DNA from: Stegostoma tigrinum
Taxonomy: Eukaryota
Direction: 5' to 3'
Assembly: GCF_030684315.1 (NCBI RefSeq)
Contig: NC_081369.1
Coordinates: 2,718,689 to 2,782,688, forward strand
DNA length: 64,000 bases
The notes below the pieces were generated by a model that had not been told where the DNA came from, did no database searches, and was given only the letters and a program-made list of their open reading frames with translations. The translations under genes and the position numbers were made by a program. This document shows positions 51,111-64,000 of this stretch, in pieces; position 1 is the first letter of the stretch, and every line of letters starts with the position of its first letter.

Positions 51111-51639
51111 CTTCATACCGGTCATTACACAAGTAATCAATTATTTTTCCAGACCACCTCAACTCTGACTTTCCTCGAACAAATCGAAACTGTGTTTCCA
51201 CTTGAATATCAACCCTTTTTTATTCTTCCTGATCTATTTTCAGATTTTTAGACAAATGACAATGGAACAAAACTCCAGGTATTCAATCCCACTTCCCTAT
51301 TATTTCTTCTCTTTGGAGCTGAATTATTTGCTGTGGACATTTGTATATTTCCACCTTGTTATATTTGGAACAATCAAGGGATCTTTCTGGCTTCTAATAT
51401 TTCTCATAATCACGTTGCTTCTAAAGGTCAACATATGGAAATATTGCATCCATTCCCATGTGTATATTGTAGGACACTTGGTGTAAGGTCATAATCCCAT
51501 CTTTACACCAGTGTACTGCCCCAAGACTCTCAGGGTGATAACTATTATCGGGTTAACTGACAAAACATTTCCTCAGTCAAAATGTTTAGTCTCCACCACA
51601 GATGCCTTTTTGATATCACAGAGTCCATTTATTTCATGA

Positions 51640-52108
51640 GATGATGTTGCCAGGGTTGGAGTGTTTGAGCAGTAGGGAATGGCTGAACAGACTGGGGACA
51701 TTTTCCCTGCAGTGTCAGAGGCTGAAGGGTGACAATATAGAGGTTTACAAAATCATGAGGGGCATGGACAGAGTGAATGGTCAATGTCTTTTCTCCAGGG
51801 TGGAGAGGCCAAAACATGAGGGCTACGGTTTAAGGTGAGAGAGAAAATATTTAGATGTGACTTAAGGATCAACATTTTCGCACAGAGGGTGGTGCATGTA
51901 TCACCTGGGTTGCCAGACAAAGTGGTGGAGGCTGGTACCATTCCAATATTTAAAAGGAATCTGGATGAGTACATGGATAGGAAAGGTTTTAGGGATTATA
52001 GGTCAAGTCCTGCCAAATGAGACAAGATTAATTTGAGCATTTCTGGTCAGCATTGAAGAGTTGAACCAAAGGGTCTGTTTGCCAGCTGTACAACTCTGTG
52101 ACTCTATA
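51640..52108 (+). mobile_element. CR1 LINE 3' end
   Basis: MLPGLECLSSREWLNRLGTFSLQCQRLKGDNIEVYKIMRGMDRV and a ctctgtgactctat tail. Confidence 0.88.
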
Positions 52109-52696
52109 ATAGGTCTTTTACAATGCACGTAAAAGTCTTGCGGAGAATTCATATCAAAGAAGAAATTCTAACCAATGTCAGAAGGCTGATACGATTCCAA
52201 TTTCAAAGGATAACAAGTTGAATTTATATTGCATCTTGTATATCACAGGCTGGAATCAAGGTAAATATTGACTCAAACTTAGCATCAACCCCACACTTCA
52301 GTTACAATTAAAAATGTAATTAATGACATGTATGCAGTATGTTGCCATTTTCCCAAGTTTATTGATATATTTGAAACCTCATGTCATTTGAAGTGCATTG
52401 CAGCAGCGTGTAAATTTATTAGCATAAATAAGGCAGATGGAAATACACATTTCCCCTTAGTAGAGGCATCAATAACAAGGTGTACACCTTTAAGATGAGG
52501 AGCAAATGATTTAGAGGGGTTTGAGGGACTTCATTTCATACAGGGAGTTGTGGGTATTTTGAGCTAACTGTCGAAAAGAGCATAGAGATGGGAAACCTTG
52601 AGACATTTCAAAAAAAATGTAGGTGAGAAGTTGAAACCATGAAGCAGACAAGGCAACAGGCCAAGTGCTGGGAAATGGGATTAGAATAAATAGACA

Positions 52697-53035
52697 TAAC
52701 AAGGCGTAGAGCTGGATGAACGCAGCAGGCCAAGCAGCATCTTTGGAGCAGGAAAGCTGACGTTTCAGGCCTAGACCCTTCTTCAGAAATGGGGGAGGGG
52801 GAGGAGGTTCTGAAATAAATAGGGAGAGACGGGTTTGTGGATCGAAGATGGATAGAGGACAAGATAGGTGGAGAGGAGACAAACAGGTCAAAGAAGTAGG
52901 GATGGAGCCAGTAAAGATGTGCATAGGTGGGGAGGTAGAGAGGACATAGGTCAGAGGGTCTAGGCCCGAAACGTCAGCTTTCCTGTTGAAATGCTGCTTA
53001 GTCTGCTGGGTTCATCCAGCTCCACACCTTGTTAA
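52697..53035. mobile_element. Penelope 3' end with inverted terminal arm
   Basis: Same family as 7441-7700 and 60527-60760, closed by an inverted ggtctaggcccgaaacgtcagc arm. Confidence 0.8.
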
Positions 53036-54734
53036 ACTCATAATAGACTTCATTTTGTGAAACAGATTAATCAAAATATAACCTGACAACAATCTTATGT
53101 TTGATCTGTACGTGATTTCAAACACCAGAAAGTAGCTGGGAACTGCAATACTATAGAAAGCTACACCGAGTCACAAATAGTAATGTGATACAAGCAAAAT
53201 CAAGGAACCTTCACTTTTTCTCAGAGCTTATTCTGATGAGTCCATTTGGGCCAGCAATCTCCAAGCATTCAACAATAGACTACAAATAGAGTTTCTGAAA
53301 CTGAGTTCATAACATAGCACCTTCATGTCAGAAAGAGATCTTCAATCAAATGATAGGTATGTGGAGAAAATAAATTGACTCTATTCTTCTGGGCTGGACT
53401 AGAGTAACAAATTCATCACAGATAAGCACAGCAGTTGGGTGAGGCGTTATGGGGAAAGGTTGTTGATGAGCATTGACAGTAGGTATATGGATAAGAGGGG
53501 AAGATCAGTTCAATGGGGTCAGATGTCTAGGCCTGTGGTGGGAGTGTTAGATATCTACATGTAGTACTTAGTTCCTTTGGGTGAGGATCAGTTTCCTGGA
53601 GTGGTCTAAGTTAAACAGATCTGGTAAGATGGGGCTGTCTGCCAAGGTGGAATGCAATCTGTTAAACAGGAGTCAGATTTTTCATTCAACATGGGTTACA
53701 GCAAGTTTTATTCTTTTTTTTCCCCTCGTGACACACAGAAACGTAGAATGTCGGAGCAGGAGCAGGCCATTCAGCTCTTTGAGCCTGGTCATTTCTATAC
53801 AATCCTGGCTGACCATCCAATTCAGTCCCCGTTCCTGCTTTCTCCCCATGTCAGATGGTCTGTTAAGAACAACTATATCTACACGTTTCTTGAAAGTCTT
53901 CAATATTTTAGTCTCAACAGTTTTCATGTAATTAACAAGTAACATGGAAATAACAAACAGATATTGTGCTCAAGAGCCTCAATGCATTTGGCAGTGCCTG
54001 TGCAAACAAAAAGAAATAGAGTTAACACTTCCTGTCCAGTGTGACTCTTCTTCAGAGCTGCTAAGTTAGCTGGAACCCTCTGATGCCCTTGACCATAATT
54101 CAAAGTGTGATCTGTTTCAGGAGGCTCCAGGCACCAGATGACTTCCTACCGGAAATGTCAACGTCCCAGATACGTAACAAAATATCGGTAAGTCGTGGCT
54201 TTCAGACATTCCAGTCACACCTAGTCTCCGAGTATCCAGAAACTGGAAGAGCTAAGCTTCATGCAAATACCCAATGATAATCATTGTATTGGTGAATGAA
54301 TAAACGCAACTCATGCTTGTTTATATGACTTTTTTTCCTGTACATTTCATTGCAACGTTTTTTTTAATCGCACCTCAAACTGGGCATTTACCAAAGGTGA
54401 ATGTGGTGCAAGAAATATTTCTCAGATACCAGACACCCAAGTGTTTCTTCGAATATTCTTCATATAACAAAAATTTCTTCTCTACTGAGAGCTACTTTAT
54501 GAATTTCTAATTCGTTATCAAAGAGACCACCTGCTGACGTGCATATGTGCACAACCCAGTTAAGGTCACTGCATCAAGGTGAACTGCCATCTGTGGCAAC
54601 TGACAGCAGGTTTTGCTGAAAAAAATGTGCAACATGGAACCATCTACATTTCGGTTTATTGTACAATACGTACCTTCAGCTGAGCTTACAGGCAAGTGGA
54701 AATATTGTAGGGCTGAGCTGAATACGTAAAGCAC

Positions 54735-55065
54735 AGGGAGGCGATGGACTAGTGGTATTATCACTGGACTGTTAAGCCAGATGCCAGGTAATGTTTTGAG
54801 GACCTGGGTGCGAAACCCATGATGGCAAATGGTGGGACTTGAATTCAATGAAAAATCTGGAATTAAGAGACTCATGTTGACCGTGAAGCCATTGTACAAC
54901 TGTCAGGGAAACCCCATCTGGGTCACTAGAGTCCTTTAGAGAATGAAACAGCCATCTTTACCGGGTCTGGTCTTCATGCGATCCACACTCAGAAGAATGA
55001 GGTTGACTCTTACCTAACCTCTGGGCAACTAGGGATGGGAAATAAGTGATGGCTTAGCCAGTTAA
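54735..55065 (+). mobile_element. Deu-domain SINE (SacSINE1-like)
   Basis: gggaggcgatggactagtggtattatcactggact head, Deu core and gggcaactagggatggg tail. Confidence 0.75.
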
Positions 55066-56584
55066 TCTTCATCTGATCAATGTTGGCAAAAACAAAATTC
55101 CATTACAGACATAATTGTTTTGTTTACTGATACTTCCACTGAGCATCTAGCCTTTGAAATGTTTTAGATTTCAACTACTTACACATTTTGTAATTGAACT
55201 GCAGAGTTACTGGCTCTCTTTCTACTCCAGGATTTATGCTAAATGATCCGAACAACATTGCAGCAGATCACAGTTCTGTCGTCAGTCCTTTCACATTTAT
55301 TGATTGATGGAAAACAAGAAGGCACATGCAGATTCTCCAGGATCTGCAGTTCCCACTGTCTCTAAAGCACAGGCATGACAGGATGAGGAGACATCATCTA
55401 TTTAATAGTGGGGTCAAGTTATGATTGTGGGTCTGGTCTATCCAATGTGCTTCTGAGAAGACCATAGGTAATTTGAATCCAGGAGCAACTCAGAGGATCA
55501 CAATTCAAAGGTGGTGATCCATACTGTGACTCGGGAAGCCTATATTGTTTACAAGGAGTACAATTGCATGTTATTATAGAACATTTCCACTCGCAATTAT
55601 CTTGATGAATGCAGCTGTAACAACACTCTAGAGAATGACATTGTTCAGGACAAAGCAGCTCGTTTGACATAAAAACACAATATCTTAAATTATCACTTTA
55701 CCTCATGGACAATAATAGCAGTTTAGAAGGAAACAAGCTGATCTGGACAGTCATTAACATGGTTCACACAGACAGTGAATGAATATGAATAACACATATA
55801 AACAGCAATTCTGTTATGTATTTAAAGTGAAATATTCCATATTATACTAAACCTACTTCTGAACATCTTTGTGAGAAAAGGAAAACAACAAATTGAAACA
55901 GTCACTGATTTACAGCCATTTACATGTTCCAAGATACTTGGAATGCCAGAGAGTCAATGGATTCCCGAGACAGAAAATTCTCAGTCAAGTTTCCTGGTGA
56001 TGGGAGTATGTCGCAATCGGACTAAGGCAGAACATTGGAAAGAAGGTTGTAGAAGCATCAAAACAAACAAATCATTCAATCACCAATTCATAAGTCATGT
56101 CAATGAAAATATTTAGAAATATACATAAACACAATAAAATAAGTAAAAATAAGTAACCCAACATAAAGATCAAGTCCTTCTCAATTTTAAATTTGTGATT
56201 AATATCAGTTATTTGATAAGTCCTAGAATATTCCTTGCACCAATCTGGTGCCTTCCTCGCTCTGAACAAATTGTGAATACCAGTTGTTGGTGAAAAGGTG
56301 TTACTAGACAGTAGTCATTGATAACAACTTGTATGTAGATTGTTCGAACGAAATGCAGTCAAAGACATGATTCTCTAACGTAGAAACTTTTAAAAGTAAG
56401 AAGGAAAGGGATTTTGGCAGGTTAATCTAACATTGCTGCTCAGTTCTTTAGGATATAGGAGTGAGAGATTTGTAACTGCCTCCCACTTTCCTGCTCGCAT
56501 TCTCAGGATGCAGTAGTAGCTCACCTCCATGTCCCTAAAATTGCTACAGTTACAGTAGTCTGCTTCTTCACAACAGTTTTTTTT

Positions 56585-56888
56585 TAGATTAGTTTCTCTG
56601 CAGTGTGGAAACATGCCCTCCGGCCCGACAAGTCCACACTGCCCCTTGGAGCATCCCACCCAGACCCATCAGCCTATAACCCACACACCCCTGAACTCTA
56701 TGGGCAATTTAGAATGGCCAATCCACCCAACCTGCACATCTTTGGACTGTGGGAGAAAACCGGAACAAACCCAAGCAGACACGGGGAGAATGCGCAAACT
56801 CCACACCAACAGTCGCCCGAGACTGGAATCAACCTGGGTCCTTGGCGCTGTGAGGCTGCAGTGCTGACCACTGAGACACCGTGCCGCC
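56585..56888 (-). mobile_element. HE1-type V-SINE
   Basis: Reverse complement of the ggcggcacggtgtctcagtggtcagcactgcagcctcacagcgcca head and V core. Confidence 0.9.
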
Positions 56889-58414
56889 TAAGTTTCATTT
56901 AAGAAGTTAATCACACTGGAAAACAACAACACTTGATTGTGCCCACAGAACAAGGAGCCAACAAATCAAATCATATTATCGAGGATTTAATGTGAAGCAT
57001 TGCACTTAAAGGGCACGTCCAAGCAAAAAGAACTTGTGAAATGATCAATGGTGTCTGTCTCTGATATCCGTTCAGGCAACAGGTTCCAGATAACTCCCAC
57101 ACTCTGGCATAAACTGTTTAATCATCTCCCCGTTAAGCTTTTCCATCAACTTCTTTAAATCTATAATTCCCAAATCACTGACCTCAATATAACGGCTAAT
57201 GACCTCTTCCTCATCTACTATGTCTCGGCTCATCTCTGTTTTATGCATCCCAATGAAAATCGCTCTGAGGCTCGTCTTGTTTCAACGTCAAAAACTTAAT
57301 CTAATCCAATCAAGTCCCAACAACAACCTACTTCATACCTCTGCACCGCTCGGAGTGTCATCATTTTTGTGGCGGTTTTCAGTTACAAAATCAGCAGTTC
57401 ATAATTGAAAAGACATGCAGTTTTTGAAGTCAAAAAATAATCATGTGCTTGTTGACTCACACATACGTAAGTGTTTAATCTGGAGACAGAGACAAGCGTT
57501 TCAGAAGCATTTGTCTTTCCTGTTCTCAGTCACAAATGATGGTCTCAGATTTTACCCGCAACATGTCTGTGTGGCATTTACTATGGGATGTTTATCTGCT
57601 GTGTATCTTGTGTGCAGGTACACATTTCTTGTGCTGCGCATTCGCTGTTCGTGATCAAGTCGCAACGTGCTCTGACAAGCACGTTTAATAAATGAATGGA
57701 TATTTCTTTTTATTGTTGTCTCTTTCTTTCAAGTATTCCCAGAACTCGTTTGACACTGGGTCTGTCAGAAAAAAAAAATCAGTTATGACAATAGTTTAAA
57801 AATGGGAAAATTAATTGAAAAGTAAAATTTGGTAAATTGCTTTCGCCACAGTGACCAGGAATAATGATGTTATTTGAATTGTGCAGAACGTCCTTCTTGC
57901 TTAATCTCTGTGTGTTTCCTTGGTTGACAGTTGCTGTGGGCAATTCGGCCAAAGAGAAAATGTGCAGAGAGATTCTTCAGTTCGCATGCAATGCCCTTTC
58001 TCTTTTGAAATCGATCTCTCAAATGTTGTTGCTTACTGGTGGAGAGAAGGTAACAATACCTTTCTGAAGAAGGATGACAGGAAGTTATTCGCTGTCGTTC
58101 GCGGAGCAGCCTACATTGGTCTTGTGAATGTGACTGCCCGGGACGCTGGAACATATCACTGCGCAGTCACATTTAGCATCAAATGGTTGGTAAAAATGCT
58201 GCTGTGCAACTTGCTGTATATGGTAAGTGTCACCGCAGATAAACACGGAGTCTTAGCTGCTTAAAAACAAACAACAGCAGTAAACATATCAATTTGTTAG
58301 ATCCAGACATATTGTGCAAAATATTTGCACTTAGTTAAAATGAAATGTGTTCCAGAATGCGGAAACTTTGAAGAACCAGTAAAGCATCAAAGTTTCAGAC
58401 CTACATTGTATTAA

Positions 58415-59225
58415 AAATAAATCACTTGTGGGATGTGGGCATCACTGGCTGGCCAGCATTTATTGCCTGTCCCTAGTTGCCCTTGACAAGGAGATTGTGA
58501 GCTGCCTTCTTGAACCACAGCATTCCATGTGCTGTAAGTAGACTCACAGCATCATTTTGGTGGTAAATGACAGGTTTTGATCCAGTGAAACTGAAGGAAC
58601 AGTGATATATTTCCAAGTCAGGATGGTAAGTGACTTGCGAGAAACTTGCAAATGCTGGTGCTCCCACATGTTTCTTGCCCCTACCCTTCCAGATGGTCAT
58701 GATTGTGGTGTTGGATGATATTCTCTCAGGGTTTTTGGTAAATTTTTGCAGTGCATCCTAAAGATACACACTGTTGCGACTGAGTATCTGTGGCGGAGTG
58801 ACTGAAAGTGGTGCCAATCAAGTGGGCAGCTTTTTCCTAGATGGTGTCAAACTTCTTGAGTACTTTTGGACCTACAAGCATACAGGCAAATGGAGAGCAT
58901 TCCAACACACTCCTGACTTGTGCCTTGTAGATACTGGACAGGCTTTGGGGAGCCAGCAGTTGAGTTACTTGCTGCAGTATTCCCAGCCTCTGACCTACGG
59001 TTCTATTTAAATGGATGGTCCAGTTCTGTTTCTGCTCAATGGTAGCCCACAGAATGTAGATAGTGGGGAACTCACTGATGGTGATGCCACTGAATGTTAA
59101 GGCATGGATGGTTAGATTGTTTCTTATTGGAGATGGTGTTTGCCTGGCATTCATGTGGCCTGCATGCTCCTGACAACATTTCAGTCCAAGCCAGGATGTT
59201 GTCCAGTTCTTGTTGCACTTGGACA
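58415..59225 (-). mobile_element. LINE 3' end (CR1/L2-superfamily, second family) in the copy 3 V-C1 intron
   Basis: NWTIHLNRTVGQRLGILQQVTQLLAPQSLSSIYKAQVRSVLECSP. Confidence 0.85.
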
Positions 59226-60526
59226 TCGGTTGTTTTAGTTTTATGTATTTATGCATTATGCAGGGAAATTGATAGCAATACTTTAAATTTTTTTTGTATT
59301 TGAATATGGAGTGACAGGATGAATATCCTTGAAATTATTTGCAGTACTATGTGTTTTGAAATTGACGAAGCCAAGTTCTCAGTCCCATCACTTGGATGGT
59401 TTTTAGTTATTTTCTGGGATCCGGGTCCAATTCCTCACCCTGTTTGCAAAAGAAAGGTGCAGTATGACTAATCAATCATGTTTCTATTCTTAAGTAGTAA
59501 CAAATTCTGGAAACTCTTTTTTCTCTAAAAACACAGGAAGTATATTGAAAGTAATTGAAGTTTTTTTTAATTTAATGTGACAAATATGATATCAATTTCC
59601 TGTGCTGCTCATAAGTATAAATAATGCAACTGTCGCGCAGGAAATGAATTGTTTTGTTCATTTGAAAAGTACGTATTTTTGATGAAGACGCAACGTTGAT
59701 TTTACTAATTTGTATTATTTTCCATTCAGCTCCACCAGCTCCTCAGAAAATTGTCTCCATGCCATCCAAAGACTTCCTTTCTGCTTTGCTCAGACTCTAG
59801 TGCAGGACGTCTGACTTCTACCCAAAAGATGTTAACCCTACTTGGCACTAAAATGGTGCAAACAGCTTGACAGGATTTAGGAATGAACAGCAAGCAAAAA
59901 CTGAGGATCTTTATGAAGTCATCAGCACCTTGGGATTGCAAGAGTCCCTTGCGAGCGGGAAAGTTTAAACTTCTTAAGTATATCACATTTCAAGCTTATT
60001 TCCAGCAAAAGCCAGCTATATTGTTATGAGTGTAGGTAACATTTTATAGTGTGTTACATTAAATGCTCATGTGTCATTCAAAATGGTGAAATACGTAGAA
60101 AGTGGTTATGATAGTTATTTGCATGTGATTGTGTCAAAGTTGAATTTGGTTGCACTTGTAGGGATTAAGAGTTTTCTTCGTCTGCGTTGTTAGGAGCTGA
60201 TGTGCAGTTATCATGTATGACTTGGCAAAAACAAGAGATCTCTCCTGAGCAAAGGCCATGGAATTAATTTTATTTATAAACTTACAACGGGCTGAAAGGT
60301 CAATGTTAATTCTTGAAAAAGAATGGTCATATTGAATTTAAGTTTTCCATGAACCCCTCTCATCCAATAGTTCCAATTTGTTTTCCCATTCTTCAGATTG
60401 CCACATGCTTGATTAAATTCTGAACATATATTCAGAGCTGATTGGTTTGTAGCTGCAGAGAGAGTAAAATTATAAACTGAAGTTTATACCTTCGAGACAC
60501 TCAAGCAAATCTGAAAATAAGAGACA

Positions 60527-61522
60527 ACAAAGTGTGGAGCTGGATGAACACAGCAGGCCAAGCAGCATCTTTGGAGCACAAAAGCTGACGCTTCTGGCCT
60601 AGACCGTTTTTCAGAAAAGAGGGAAAGGGAGAGGATTCTGAAATAAATAGGGAGGGGGGCGGACCGAAGATGAATAGAGCAGAAGATAGGTGGAGAGGAC
60701 AGTATGGAGGGGGGGAGGTAGGGAGGGGATAGGTCAGTCCAGGGAGGATGGACAGGTCAAGGGGGCAGGATGAGGTTAGTAGGTAGGAAATGGAGGTGCT
60801 GCTTGAGGTGGGAGGAGGGGATAGGTGAGAGGAAGAAGAGGTTAGGCAGGCAGGGACGAGCTGGGCTGGTTTTGGGATGCGTGGGGAGGGGAGATTTTGA
60901 AACTGGTGAAATCCACATTGCTACCATTGAGCTGCAGGTTTCCCAAGCGGAATATGAGTTGCTGTTTCTCCAACCTACGGGTGGCATCATTATGGCACTG
61001 CAGGAGGCCAAAGATGGACACATCATCTGAGAAATGGGAGGGGGAGCTGAAATGGTTCGTGACTGGGAGGTGCAGTTGTTTATTGCGAACCGAGCGTAGG
61101 TGTTTTGTAAAGCAGTCTCCAAGCTTCCGCTTGGTTTCCCCAATGTAGAGGAAGCCACACCGGGTACAGTGGATGCAGTATACCACATTGGCAGATGTGC
61201 AGGTGACCATCTGCTTGATGTGGAAAGTCATCTTGGGGCCTGGGATGGGGGTGAGGGAGGAGGTGTGGGGACAAGTGTAGCACTTCCTGCGGTTGCAGGG
61301 GAAGGTGCCGGGTGTGGTGGGGTTGGAGGGGAGTGTGGAGTGGACAAGAGAGTGCCAGAGAGAGTGGTCTCTCCGGAAGGCAGACAAGAGTGGGGATGGA
61401 AAAATGTCTTTGGTGGTGGGGTTAGATTGTAGATGACGGAAATGCTGGAGGATGATGCATTGGATCCGAAGGTTGGTGGAGTGATATGTGAGGTCGAGGG
61501 GGATCCTGTTTTGGCGGTTATT
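60527..61522 (-). mobile_element. Penelope-like element 3' part (GIY-YIG domain in an open frame)
   Basis: RIPLDLTYH..FPCNRRKCYTC..FHIKQMVTCTSANVVYCIHCTRCGFLYIGETKRKLGDCF. Confidence 0.93.
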
Positions 61523-62670
61523 GCTTGTATGAAGGTATAATACTTTTTCATGAGACAATCGAAAATACGTTGCATAAGTTCTCAATGACTTCCTACCGTC
61601 GTTGTTCTGTGATAAAAACAAGGCTTTTAAAAGCTTAGCAATTTCAGAATTAAAGACTTCCGGCTGCTTCTGACGAGAGTTTGAGTGCCATAGGATCTCA
61701 ACAGTCAGAATGAAGTGTTTCTCATAATCCGATGTCATTCAGTGAAACATGATTTGAAACTGGGAAGAAGTGGATTAAAGACAAGTTAATAACGCAAAAT
61801 CAGAAATTCCTGAAAAATCTCAACGAGTCTGGCAGCATCTGTGGAGAGAAATCAGAGTTAACGTTCACGTCCAGTGACCCTTCCTAAGGATTCAATGACA
61901 CAAAGTCATCCAGGCGAACCGAGCGCCAAAGGATGTAGAATTACTTTCCACAGGTCCTGCAGGAGACAGATATGCTCCACTGGGTGGGACATTAACGGAG
62001 ATGCTGTTTAGGTAATGGTAGAACTGGAATAGCATCATTGCGTGATGCATGCATGAAGTATTTTGGAAATACAGAAACAGACAAACGTTTGAATAGAGAA
62101 TGGGTTTTGACAGAACAGTTTTCTGTCAGCAGGTGGAATTGGGGATGGGGTGATGAGGGGCGGTTGATAAACTGAGTACATCAGAGATTAGGTTTAACTC
62201 CGAAAAGTAAAATACCCGACTTTAAAGGAGGCTATTTACTTTGGAATTGGAAAATGGTTTGATGTGTTAGTTGTGAAAGCACTTGGCAATTAATGCATTG
62301 ATGGCCAACGGCCCAATGGTATTATCTGGAGACACATGTTCAAATCCCGCTGTGGCGACCGTTTTCCAGATCTGGAAAAGATCTTTCGTGGGAGAAAATC
62401 GCCTCCCTTCTCTGGTCTGGCCTGTATGAGACTCCAGACTCATTGTAAAGTGGTTGACTCTTAACTGCTCTCTGGGCAATTGGAGATTTTGATTTATTAT
62501 TGTCACTTCTACGGAGGTACAGTGACAAATGTTGTTTTACATGCTTTACAAGTACATCGGAACGTACAGGTGCATCAGGGTAACAAGATGCATGTTCGTC
62601 CGTCCCTTTGTTTTGCTGTTGGAATGTACTAGTAGTGTTTTAATACATATTTCCATCAATTTATTCGCTA

Positions 62671-62909
62671 TGCCACCAACTCCACATCTGCCCGATCAGT
62701 TCCTCACTCTCCTCTGCACAACAGGGGAAATTCATGTAGTTTGGTATACATCTGAGATCAACGCAACAGAAGTGTGGAAAGAGGGGAGTTTGTTTAAAGT
62801 TCCCAGTGTTCTCAATCGTGTGGAGAGCGGATCGGCTTTCCGTGCTAGATTTTCCACACAACACTCAAGCCCCCAGCTAGTGTCAGTTACACGATTCAAG
62901 ATGAGAAAT
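62671..62909 (+). pseudogene. Decayed second C1 exon of copy 3
   Basis: PPTP..LTLLCTTG(deletion)IHVVWY..LFKVPSVL..SGSAF, then by frameshift C*IFHTTLKPPASVSYTIQDEK and a T|GTGAG donor. Parallels CQVYHVSISFPVNASYTVTKE of the first C1. Confidence 0.7.
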
Positions 62910-64000
62910 GTGAGCCTTTATTACTGTTTCTCAGACCCTAGTGTTGTGCGACATCCCGTGACCTATTTGATTCATTTTTAAAGTGTGATAGTGAAAAGCG
63001 CCACTGTCTGTAGCTTTTGCTTTCTTTTTGGCGAGGAACCTGACAACATGGCGTGATGTAAATTTGGTGGTACAACTTAGAATGCGGACTATAAATTTCG
63101 TAGCTAATCCATTTCATTCTCATGGCCTGAATTATTGACGATAGACCAGTGACATTGTGCATTTATTAGACATCACTTCATTTCACAGCATCCATGGACT
63201 TTCTACATCAAGATTTTTGCATGGCTTCTAATGACAGATGCAGAAGTGCAGGTCAAAGAATTGTTGAGAATCAAATTAAAAAAGACTTTAGTTCGATTCA
63301 GATGTGATCTAAACTCGATTTACATTTGGGAGGTTGCATAAAGTTTGCTTTGGCAATGTAATCGAAATAAACAGGGCTCATGACAGGTATGTTGGGGTAT
63401 AAAATAAGCGTGAGTAATAGAGCAGAGAAACTGCTGTCATTACGTTCAGAAAACTAAACGCCTGAAATCACTGGTATGACAGTGTAACAAAATCTAAAAT
63501 ACTGGTTGACTAATAGAGCCAAATCAATAAAACAAAATGGCTTTAATTAACCTGTCATTAGTAAGTGTCGTCTTGATTCTGTAACCCAGTCCTGGGCACT
63601 TGGTGAGAAAAATCTGAAGAATGTCCATCGGTTACTATACGTTTAAAAGAAAATTTCCAAAGTTATTGTGATTTCAGCATTTAAAATGGATAAACGTCAG
63701 AAGGTATTAATTACACAATGAAGGGGCCAGACTGTGTACATGTAGGTTTTATTTATCATCCCATTCCTTTTATTAAAGTCAATTGACTTTTTCCTGTATA
63801 GTTGTGGTTAATTTTTGAGCCACAATACAATAGTTGGCCGGTGTGCAAAAGCCTACCTAGATCCTCAAAGGAGGTGGGCTCTACCTGCTGCGTGTGTTGG
63901 TCACTGTTTTCAAAACGATCTAATTCTCAGCTGTTTCTATTATTTTTGTCTAATTACTTTTCTGTAATTTACACAGAGCTATTTAATTAAATTTAATAGA

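Larger units (their letters stand above)
57563..62909 (+). pseudogene. Ig-superfamily receptor copy 3: leader 57563-57617, V 57931-58222, C1a 59730-60035, C1b 62671-62909; 3' exons not seen in the window
   Basis: Leader MSVWHLLWDVYLLCILCA. V: SSVRMQCPFSFEIDLSNVVAYWWREG..NVTARDAGTYHCAV, with a deletion and frameshifts. C1a: L*CRTSDFYPKDVNPTWH*NG, with four stops and loss of the second Cys. Confidence 0.88.

Noticed and set aside
58231-58269. RSS-like CACCGCA-23 bp-TTAAAAACA just after the copy 3 V exon
   Set aside because: It lies inside the intron after the splice donor, the heptamer is poor, and the nonamer is absent in copies 1 and 2. The V exons already contain their G strand, so there is no evidence of V(D)J rearrangement.
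60842-61738. 298-aa ORF as a host gene
   Set aside because: Truncated Penelope GIY-YIG region fused by chance to flanking DNA.

Overview
This is vertebrate genomic DNA, almost certainly from a shark: it carries HE1/V-SINEs, Deu-type SINEs, CR1 LINEs and many Penelope-derived palindromic mini-elements. A carpet shark is plausible but is inference. No intact protein-coding gene is present, and the long ORFs in the track are transposon remnants or low-complexity artefacts. The main structure is a decayed tandem/inverted cluster of non-rearranging Ig-superfamily receptor genes: leader, germline-joined V(J), C1 (one or two), TM, Tyr-motif tail. This resembles SIRP, NKp30/B7-H6 and VJ-C1 genes. Four paralogues are visible. 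Copy 0 shows only its 3' part, with a duplicated TM exon (4.2 and 5.7 kb). Copy 1 (+, 25476-37862) has all exons but is disabled. Copy 2 (-, 41866-43493) is truncated after C1. Copy 3 (+, from 57563) has a second C1 exon. An old class III (ERV-L/ERV-S-like) provirus with a tRNA-Ser-like PBS, two LTRs and a 5-bp TSD lies antisense in the C1-TM intron of copy 1. The same insertion, at the same CR1 site, recurs in copy 0, so it predates the duplication. Many Penelope-type minimal hammerhead ribozyme motifs are scattered through the window. There is one assembly gap (19664-19841).
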